A stretch of DNA of 20,000 bases from Vermamoeba vermiformis (taxonomy: Eukaryota): positions 433,110 through 453,109 of the forward strand of contig JBEWZL010000123.1 in assembly GCA_045837725.1 (NCBI GenBank), in the 5' to 3' direction. Both the position numbers and the translations under genes were made by a program. Positions 11,577 through 20,000 of the stretch are shown here, one piece after another. The notes beneath the pieces are model-generated. The model worked only from the letters and a program-made list of their open reading frames with translations. It was not told the DNA's origin and searched no databases. Position 1 is the first letter of the stretch; the number at the start of each line of letters is the position of its first letter.

Positions 11577-14496
11577 TTACATCGTCTTTTGTCTCTTCTC
11601 CTCTCGCTCTTGTTCGAGAAGTTTTGCCAAGGAGAACGTAGTAATCTTTCTCTTCTTCTCGGGGTTGGCAGCGCCGGCGGGTGCATTGTTAGACGGAGTA
11701 CTACCATCGTTGTTGACCATGACAGGAACAGGCTTGTTGTACGAAACCTTCGGAACAGGCACCGGTGTAGGTGATGGCATCACTGGCACAGGCAAGGGGA
11801 CTTTTTGCTCTCGTTGTCCTAGTATGACCTTTGGACGACAGTACTTGACGACGGTGTTGGGCTTAGGTTTGCTTGGTTTCGGAGTCATGCGAGCACTCTC
11901 GATGGACGTAGTTCTCCGGCTACAGTCACCGTACACAAGCTTACGGGATGGCCCTGGCTTCAAGTTCGTGTTTGCGCCAGTTCGCATGTTGGTGTTTGCG
12001 TCGGTTTTCAGGTTGGTATTTGTGCTTGTGTCCTTGTTCGTTTCCCATTCAGGTGGAGCATTCAAATCCAAAGGAGGCGTTGAGGGCGCGTTCGAATCCT
12101 CAGCAACAATCGAGTTGATCGTATGGGTAGGAGAGTCAGACGAAGAAAGTGAACTGTGAGCAGCGTGGTAAGAATCAGACTCAAGAGCATCATCAGAATC
12201 AGAGACGATATGAGAAGATTCGATGGACTCGCACTCGGCATCACTCTCGTCGCTGTCCTCGCTGGCCTCACTTTCTTCGCTTTCTTCGCTTTCTTCGCTT
12301 TCTTCACTCTTGTCATCACTTTGGTCCTCGTCGCTCTTGTCGTCATCACCGGAATTAGCGCCAGAACCTCCTGATTTGCCTCCCGAGCTGGATCCATCAG
12401 CAGAGTCGCGTGAGCTGTCATCATTGCTCTCCTTCGAATCAGATGAAAAACCAGAAGACAGCTCCATAGAGCTGCTGTCAAGGCTGGACTTTTTTGTCGA
12501 GTAGCAACCTCCGATTGTAGCCCAGTACGTGTTGACGAGTGACATGAACGCAAGTAGCTTGGGCCCAGGCAAAGTTTGCTTGGTGCCATCTTTGAACAAG
12601 ACTTCGAAGCAAACGGACTGTCTCTTGCCAACGAACTTGTGACCAACGATTCGGTCAATACTGTCTGCAAAGTCGTCATGAGTCTTGTCGTAGCGCTTCT
12701 CAAACTTGTTGATGACGCTCGCCATGGCCTCGGAAGGAGCTATTCCAACCGTCTCGTTGACCTCCTTCAGCGTCTTTTCGTTGACACCAGCACGTTGAAC
12801 TCTGTCGTAGTGCGTGCTCATAACGGCAGGTGAAGTATTGATCAGTGCTGCGTGCTTCTCGCTGAAAAACTTCGAGATGCCTTCGGTGTCGTTGTTCAAG
12901 TGATGTTCGGTCAGAAAAGAGACCAGCGCACGACGGAAATAAGCGCAGCTGATCGCTCTTCCTGGGAAGTAACTCGCAACGACATTGCTCACCACCTTCG
13001 AGAGTGTAGTGAAGTCTAAACGAGCGAAGGTTAGCGACAAGATGAGTTTGAAACAATTACTTACTAGGTGCGTTACCGTCTCGATTGACCCACATGGACT
13101 CAACTCCTTCGTTACGAACCAGAGGCAAGTAGTGCTCGAACCAAATTCGCAACGGTACTGCAAACGCTGCAGGCAGCAAGAAGAAATCTGTCTTAGCTCG
13201 CTTGACTTTTTCCGGTGGTGGGAAGAACTTGACAGTGTTTCCCTCAAAGACAATGTTCTAATTAAATAATTAGTAAAGTATTGATTAACGGAGCCGATTT
13301 GTAGTTCGTACCGACACCGTCATTGAAGCCGTGAACTGTCGTCGTTGTCCTCCAAGATACATCATTCCAAGGACGAACAAGTTGCCCATGAAGTTGAACA
13401 TTCCTTGTCGCGACAAAGCTGAACTTTGTCGCTCTTTCGTCAAGAACTTGTCATCCAAGTTGATGTAATACACCAACTTGTCACAGATGTACGCGTTCAA
13501 CTGCCGTAGCTCGTCTTGATGAAGCCACTGCCCAAGTAACATCAGGTTCTCAATCACCATTTTATTCGCGTTAGCCTTGGCTTCGTCTTTCGCTTCTGCA
13601 GGTCAAAATAGTATCAGAATCGTAATCGTACAGAATATGTTCGCAACTTACTTGCACAAGGAGCACGCAGCAAATCCTCCACTGCATCAATCCGTGCCCT
13701 GTAATTGGCAAACTCTTCGAGACCCTATTACAGAATTAGATTACACCCCATGACCACAAGTAGTTACTTACGTGAAGATACTTCAAGAACATTCGAATAA
13801 TCTTCAGGCAATTTGCAATCGTGCTTGCAGACTTGCCCATGGATTCGTACCACCGCGGAAAAGCGGCCGCCACGCGAACGTCCAGTAGATGACGAAGGTC
13901 TACTACGACTGGTTTCACTTCCGTATCGACAAAACGAAAGAAGATGCCAAGCATAGAACGAGTTTCGGCGCCGCGATCAGAGCCTGTGTTGGACAAGTGC
14001 TTCTCTTTCACCTTGAGTTCGTCTGCGGCAGAGGATTTTTTCCTGGTCTTGCGCTCACGTTCGATGTAAGTATCGAACAACTTCGGTACCTTGAAGTACT
14101 TGACCAAGACTTGATCAAGCGAGAGAGCATTAATTCGTAGCGGCTTTCCTGTTCTTGAATCCCCTATTAATAAAGTTAACAAACTTAACCACCGGGACTA
14201 ATTAGTCTTAAACTTACTTTCGGCAACAGCAAACTCCTTAGTTGCTAAGTCTTCAGGTACGTCTTCCATATCAACGACTACAGGAGCGTCGCTATATTGA
14301 AGCAAAGCCTTTTTGACGTTACTGAGGTCAGTGCGAAGCCTTTTAATCTCCGGCGAATCTGCTTAGACTGTAAGATTCGGTTACAGAATTACTGAAAGGC
14401 TTACCATTCATCGTCGCTGTAGACTCTTTTTTCTGATCCGTGTCCTACAAATTGTCAACAAAAATTTTTAAAATTCTGTTGTGTTACCTTCTCCAT
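11577..14496 (-). CDS. Tyrosine recombinase (phage-integrase fold) with C-terminal chromodomain-like domain and acidic/Ser-rich tail, ~856 aa, 8 exons
   Basis: Exons 14496-14488, 14444-14405, 14358-14218, 14163-13772, 13724-13652, 13595-13312, 13257-13065 and 13015-11577 join through GT-AG introns into one stop-free frame. Core-binding helix GKSASTIANCLKIIRMFLKYL; catalytic motifs GGQRRQ (R), PEKVKR (K), SCAYFRRALVS (HxxR position), LINTS...THYDR (Y). Confidence 0.82.
12271..12308 (-). repeat. Coding 9-bp tandem repeat (SEE)n in the YR acidic tail
   Basis: CTTTCTTCG repeated about 4 times on the + strand, encoding SEESEESEESEE on the - strand. Confidence 0.85.
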
Positions 14497-14628
14497 GATT
14501 GCAAAAGATAAAGATTGAAAAAACGCCTACGAAAAAAAAAATTGTTAACCACGCGACTTTTGACGAACTAAAATTTATAAGTCCAAATATAGTACGTTCT
14601 GAAAATAAAATTAAGTAATCTCACAAGC
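14497..14628. promoter_or_regulatory. Probable bidirectional promoter between the YR gene and the small divergent gene
   Basis: Only 132 AT-rich bp separate the two divergent ATGs (14496 on -, 14629 on +). Function is inferred from the arrangement. Confidence 0.5.
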
Positions 14629-15482
14629 ATGGAACCACACAACCAAACTCCACTCCTCGATCAATACTACGGCAGTGATATGAGCGACGAGACAGTTGAG
14701 CAGGCATATCTTAAGATTGAGGAGCTGCTTAGCTACGCACGAGAGGACAGTAACAACACCATTCTTGTTGGCGACGGCGATGATATTGAGTGCGAACAAA
14801 CCTTACCCTATGAACACGAGAACGACGAGAACGACGAGAAGAACGAACGGGAAGTATTATCATGGCAAATCAAGGATCCGCGCACGTGGTTAGAGAAAGA
14901 TATAAATAAATCCCACGCACATGGTTTGAAGACAATTTTATCATGAAATTGCCTGAAGAAGAACGAGAAGAAGTCCGACGGAAATACAACAACGGTAACT
15001 AAAAATAACTCCGCCGGATAACCTCCGGTACAAAAATGTTAGCGATTAATAAATTATGCATTTAATTACAGAAATGGGAGAGAAGTAAGTCTTACCTCAT
15101 TCTAGTCTTAATTTTAACATGCCATAGCGAACTGCGATGCTTATGTTCGAAAGAACACGGACACTTTTACGTGCACTCAAAAGATTTTTCCGAGCAATGG
15201 TTTGGTAGAGGTGCGTTAGCTGGATTGCTCGGAATGACAAAGAACTCTTTCTGTTCTAAGCTATCGATCTATGTGCTCAATTGCCCGGCTGGCTGCGCAC
15301 CGTTCAACACGTGCAAAGTCTTTCATTCTAGCGGCAACGGCAGCCCAATACGCCCAGAACGTTACTATACGTTGGAAGAAGCCAACGATATACTGAGACA
15401 ATGGCTTACGCGCCCAGGAGGGAAAAAGGATTGGGTAAAGAGATTGCACGAGGCCAACGATTTTTTGAAAAACTTACTATAG
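14629..15482 (+). CDS. Small divergent gene: acidic N-terminus plus putative Bro-N/winged-HTH-like DNA-binding domain; apparent frameshift near 14905-14915
   Basis: MEPHNQ...KDPRTWLEKD changes frame to PRTWFEDNFIMKLPEEEREEVRRKYNN. An intron, a 13-nt microexon (AAATGGGAGAGAA) and a second intron follow, then ELRCLC...EQWFGRGALAGLLGMTKNSF...RYYTLEEANDILRQW, ending at TAG 15482. The domain call is by weak resemblance only. Confidence 0.6.
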
Positions 15483-15834
15483 TAGGCTTCTGGGTTATAG
15501 AAATTTAAGGGTTATAGAGTTTAAAGTCCAGTTAAACCCCTTTTTTGTTAAATTTTTGACTTTTTTTGTCTTTTTGCCGTCACTTTTGCATTGAAAAGCA
15601 TGCCAAAATAAAAACACTAAGAGACAAGTTTAACTTTAATTTACTTAGAATAAATGTATGAAAAACAATAAATAGAAAAGAACAGCAAGAGTTTGTTTGA
15701 AGTTTTTTTTATTTTTACATAAAACAGTTACAACTGGTGTTTTTATTTGGCAAGGCAGTGAAAGCAAAGCTCTGCGGACCAAAGATAGGCTGTAGACTAA
15801 AGTAAGTTAAGTAATGTTAAGTTAAACATTGCCT

Positions 15835-16481
15835 GGTGCAATGTGGAACATCCCCTTTGAAAAGCTAAAGTTGAACAAGGGGTGGTTCTACAAGGAGCCA
15901 GGGGTACAGACACATGGAAGACTGGTTTGTGTGGTGCTGGTCCTATGTAAAAACAAAGTCTAACAGGGGGAGGTATCGCATGGAACCAACCTGTTAAAAA
16001 AATTGAAGTTCAAACAAGGGGCGGTTCCTCAAGGAACCGGGGGGCAAGAAAAACTAAGTCCAGCAACCCCGGTACTGTGAGGAACTGCCCTTTGGGAAAA
16101 AATAAAGTCCAAAGAGGGGCCGGTACGGCAAGGAACCGACCCTTGAAAAAAAATAAAGTCCAAGAGGGGTCGGTTCCTCAAGGAACCGGGGTCAAAAAAA
16201 AACAAAGTCCAAAAAGGGCCGGTTCGGCGAGGAACCAACCCCTGAAAAAAACTAAGTCCTACAGGGGTCGGTTCCTCAAGGAACCGGGGGTAAAAAAAAC
16301 TAAGTCCTGCAAACCCCGGTTCCATGAGGAACCGACCCTTGGAAAGAAACAAAGTCCAAACTAGGGTCGGTTCCACAAGGAACCAGGGGTGAGGAAACAA
16401 AGCCCAATTGAGGCTAGTTCCCCGCAGGAACATAGTACTGGGGCAGGCTAGGTCTTGAAAGGGCTGGTTCCACTTGGAACA
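15835..16481. repeat. Tandem array (~49-50 bp period, ~13 units) of 16-bp palindromes GGTTCC-N4-GGAACC separated by A-tract/AAGTCC linkers (parS-like)
   Basis: Cores start at 15835, 15884, 15972, 16023, 16071, 16122, 16172, 16221, 16270, 16318, 16369, 16416, 16466, with a degenerate unit near 15924. GGTTCCTCAAGGAACC is exact at 16023, 16172 and 16270. Confidence 0.95.
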
Positions 16482-17570
16482 GCTCATCCAGGATTAGCAC
16501 ATCGAGGTGCCAGTTCAGAAAAAAAGGCTGTATAATGAATTTGGCCCAGAAAACAATTAATTGGGCATGTGCCTAGTGGCACAAGTGAAAAAATCAAGTA
16601 AAAGAAATAAATTTGAGCTAATCTGGAATAAAAAATTTTGACATCCAAAAATTAGCCTTGGTGTCGTAAAAATTTGAAACCAATCATGTAATTAATGGGA
16701 AAACAGTGGCATACTATTTCAGGTATAGCCACTGCTCAAGAAATTAAAAAGTGACTTACCTGGCAACCGTGGCTCAGATGGGCAAACAGTCTCACGCAGG
16801 AGTGCACAGACACGCAGAGTGTATTACCACACAGGAGTGCACCAAGCACTCGACCATAGGCAACACACTGTGCTTGTCTGTGCATGAGAGTGGTGGTGTT
16901 GTGGCTGCGAGAATAGATAAACAAAAACAAAATCTTTTGCGAATTTTTTTTGTTGTGGTTCAAAGAGTGAACAAAAACTTTTTGGACCAATCACATCACA
17001 GGAAGTGTTAGTGTAGGGCTCCAGGACCCTAGCATGCAGTAGCAGTGCTAGAGGCAATGCAAGGCACTACACTGTCGATCTACTAGTGCAAAGACCACCA
17101 TGCAGCAAGATCTTGGTGGGGAAGTTAAGTTTTGGAAAGAAGGTCCGAGACTTAGGCATCCTATTAAGTAGAAGCTCTGCAACTCTCCACCCGGTCCCTG
17201 CAGTTGTTAGTTGAAAGGCAACCAAATGAATGCACAAGGAAGCCCGTGTGTAATTATTTTTTTTTGTTGTGAAGCAAAGTTGTGAAACAAAAAGTTTTTG
17301 GACCAATCCCAGAGAGCCTGCTGTGAATCTCACAGGGTGGAATTGTGCAGGAATAGGAACACTCACAAGTTAGGCCATTGCTGGTAAGCACTGGGTATTA
17401 AGGGAAGTATAGCTATGAAAGTTGACACATTCCAGTGTTCTTCGAAAACCGATCCGATATTTTTTCACAACCAATGACTAAATCTGCCTAATAGAAAGCA
17501 TCATTATAGTTAAACTCACAAGCACCAACAAATTAGAGTCACTAGGTAATAAACAAAGCCAACAGCAACG

Positions 17571-18230
17571 AGAAATTTCATTCGAATAAAATTTATAAAA
17601 TTCTTCTGCAGTAGATTTTTCTTGCGCTTACTTTGAGATTTAACGCTGCTCAAATGGGTTGCCAATACCTCATATCAAGCTGTCTGCAATATATGGGCAA
17701 AGAGAAGGTCAACAGGCACCAAACTAGCAAGGTGAGCACAGATCTGAATCCGATCCAAAGTCAAATTTTTTTTTGCTTTGCTTACTATACCTGATGGCAG
17801 AAATAATAGGAATTGATGTGGAGCTCTCTATATTAAAGCATAAGTAGCTGGGCCAGTAGAAAGGAGAAATTTCGGGTTAATAAACTTAATAAAAATCTTC
17901 CCCAGTAGAATTTTATTATTTTTAGTGTTGCGAGATTTCATGTGGCTTAAATTGTGATGTGTGCTTCATATTGAGCTATCTGCAGTATCATTCAATAGAA
18001 CAGGTCAACAGGCACGAGATGAGCAACATGAGTCCCCGATCTGAACTCGCATCCAAAGGTATTCTGGATGCAGGTTGCACAATGGCCCTGGTGACTGCAA
18101 TGTGCAAAATTAGTGAAAAGGTTTGAGAGTGAAAACCCACACAACTGAGTCAATATAAGGGAGGTATAACTGTTGCAGAAGGTTGACAAAATCTCCCCAG
18201 AATAATTTTTTCTCTCTAGGGAGATTTCAC
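17571..18230. repeat. Diverged ~295-bp tandem duplication (two copies plus part of a third)
   Basis: Matching blocks ~295 bp apart: AGAAATTTC at 17571/17866; CATATCAAGCTGTCTGCAATAT vs CATATTGAGCTATCTGCAGTAT at 17671/17967; AGGTCAACAGGCAC at 17706/18002; AAAATCTTCCCAG vs AAAATCTCCCCAG at ~17892/18188. Confidence 0.75.
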
Positions 18231-18288
18231 AACCAAACAAAATCTTTTTTCCAACGGTTCTATTTCATTTCAATATTTTGCTGTTATC

Positions 18289-20000
18289 ATGAGTAACACA
18301 AATATACGTGTTATGTCAGCAGACCTTGCAGCTGCTGTGCAAAGTCAACAGAGATCTTACGTAGAGATCTCAGATCAGTATTGGAAACAGAATGTTCTGG
18401 TAAGTATTGCTCAAATAATTAATTTAACTATGTAATAATTTTAATAATAATATTTTAACCTTTACAAGGTTATTTTGGAGGGTAAAATTGCAATTTAATT
18501 TTTTTGTGTCAGATTTGACTTTTTTCTTTTCACAGCTCCTCCTAATTCAATGTATTTTAATTAAACAATATTCCCTATATATTTTTACATATAAATTAAT
18601 AGCTTTTTAAATAGTCACACCAACTCTCTAATGAGTGGAAAATGGTCACGTGTGCCGAACTCAAGGCAAATCCCAAGGTCTTCAACAAGGCAAATTGCTG
18701 CGTCCCAGACTGCAAAGAGAAGGCACAGTACTCGTAAGTAACTCCAATCTATTGTTTTCAAGCCTAACTAATCCCTTGTAGCATCCCCACGTCAATAATT
18801 GATGATGGTGCAGCAGTGTGCAAAAACCACCTCAGACGCTTCACCATCACGCAAAGCTGCCACCCACTAAATAAGAAGGAGTCAGTTATTTTTGGTAGAG
18901 CGTAAGTATTGTCAGTTTAAATATATTATTGACTCTAATTTCCTTTCATGTTAGGTTCAACATCCGCACTCTAAACCGTGTTGGTCTCAATCGAGTGATC
19001 AACAAAATAGAGAAGCATGGTTGGGATTCGAACCAAGGATCCCTCCATGGTGTCATTGTGACAAATGGCAAGATAAAAAAGGTTGCCATCTTTGCAGGTA
19101 AGTAAAAGTAGTTGTTTTTTTTGCTTTATTTAGGTTATTAACAGTTTATTGTAGGTCAGCATCGATTTGAAGCTCTGATTTACTTGTGTGATCTGCACAA
19201 GAAGAATTTGGAGCATCAAATCCTTCTTTATGCTTTTGACTCCGAGGTGGAGATGCGAGCTGAAGGACACAGCATCCAGTCTAAAGAACAGACTGTGCGT
19301 AAGATGTCCTACCTGGAAAAGATCCTCCAGGTGCAGCATTTGGCTCATGAAGCTTATGGGGATACCCAAGATAATTGGTTCGCAGGCAATCGAACCAAAA
19401 ACTATTGGGATGCTATTGCTGGTCGCAAACTTCATGGTAAGTTGATTTTTGTTTTAATTAGATCTTTTTTAACCATTTGTTAAAAGATGTTGAATGGCAG
19501 CTGAGGTCGTTGGATTATAATGTCCTCAAAGAGCTTTCAACTTACCATGCCAACCATGAGGCAAGGAAAAAGTTCTTCCAAGTGTAAGTAATAACCAATA
19601 TTAAACCTCTAAAACTAAAAATAACATATTCTTTTAGCCCTTTTCTGAAAACTGACCTGCAGTGCTTGGCAAAATTGCCAAGGAAAGATCAGAAGATTTT
19701 CATGGAGCGACAGCAAGCACAGTGGCAGGAGGTTCACCACAAACGTAAGCAAATAGTGTGAGGTATTTCACCATTCTAAATCTTTTTTTTAGGTGCTGAT
19801 GTTAATTCAGCCCAAAATGTTAGCATTATGGCTGAATTGTTTGTTGATCATGCGGTGAAGGCCTTTGACAAGCTTCGCAAGCATTACAATGCGCTGGTGA
19901 GTTCCTTTTCAATTTTAAATTATTAAAAAAAAAACTGAATGATTCGCACATAGGAGGCACAAGGCAAAGACCTTGCTGCATTTAAAAGGAAACTGTGCCA
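18289..20000 (+). CDS. ParB/Sulfiredoxin-fold protein with an N-terminal Cys/His zinc-finger-like motif, multi-exon, 3' end beyond the window (5' exon structure uncertain)
   Basis: Spliced translation: CCVPDCKEKAQY...VCKNH; FNIRTLNRVGLNRVINKIEKHGW...IKKVAIFAG|QHRFEAL (intron 19098-19154 splits the GQHR motif); VRKMSYLEKILQVQHL; RSLDYNVLKEL; LAKLPRKDQKIF. The frame is open across all exons from 18615 onward. Confidence 0.75.

Larger units (their letters stand above)
10288..15516 (-). mobile_element. Putative tyrosine-recombinase DNA transposon (Crypton-like), ~5.2 kb; boundaries inferred
   Basis: Intron-containing YR gene with no RT or gag. CpG-rich block set in CpG-poor flanks. AGGGTTATA direct repeats at 10288/10328 and 15508 (GGGTTATA also at 15492) sit at the compositional edges. 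Subterminal motif array on the left. Confidence 0.55.

Noticed and set aside
11533-13269. Several + strand and alternate-frame ORFs overlapping the YR gene
   Set aside because: Antisense or frame shadows of a GC-rich, low-complexity coding exon. The first ~80 aa of the 558-aa track ORF are the wrong frame plus intron.
11577-14496. DIRS/Ngaro retrotransposon
   Set aside because: No gag, RT or RNase H nearby, and the YR gene has seven introns, which argues for DNA-level mobility.
14889-14931. Intron that would repair the frameshift in the small divergent gene
   Set aside because: GTTAGA...GAAG is in frame only with the alternative 14696 frame, not the ATG-14629 frame, where it creates TGA. 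The duplicated PRTW motif favours an indel.
15835-16481. CRISPR array interpretation of the palindromic repeats
   Set aside because: The intervening sequences are near-identical A-tract linkers rather than unique spacers, no cas genes are present, and the context is eukaryotic.
16029-16487. ORFs 16029-16487 (-) and 16077-16364 (+)
   Set aside because: Artefacts of the tandem array: low-complexity translations with non-triplet unit lengths.
1-20000. Bacterial or phage contig origin suggested by YR, ParB and parS-like sites
   Set aside because: Both the YR and ParB-like genes carry multiple spliceosomal introns of the same size and style as the flanking eukaryotic genes.

Overview
Eukaryotic genomic DNA, probably from a protist-type compact genome (taxon not determinable here), with many short (~40-60 nt) GT-AG introns and CTAAC/CTAAT branch points. 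The ORF track therefore fragments every real gene, and I rebuilt the gene models by hand. 1-8484 holds four host genes on the + strand: the 3' end of an unknown gene, a PARN-type deadenylase with a mitochondrial-presequence-like N-terminus, a polycystin-2 (PKD2/TRPP)-like channel, and an LZTR1-like Kelch-BTB-BTB protein. From ~8500 the window is an accessory/mobile region. It begins with a CpG-depleted, decayed, intron-containing Ginger/TDD-type DDE integrase. Next is a CpG-rich ~5.2 kb module bounded by AGGGTTATA direct repeats, carrying an array of 10-bp quasi-palindromes, an intact 8-exon tyrosine recombinase fused to a chromodomain-like domain, and a divergent small putative DNA-binding gene. 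Then come a ~49-bp-period array of 16-bp palindromes resembling bacterial parS and an intron-split ParB/Srx-fold gene (GQHR motif) that runs off the window. The most interesting candidate system is a eukaryotic mobile element combining tyrosine recombinase, ParB-like protein and parS-like array. Domain calls come from motif recognition by eye, not from database searches.
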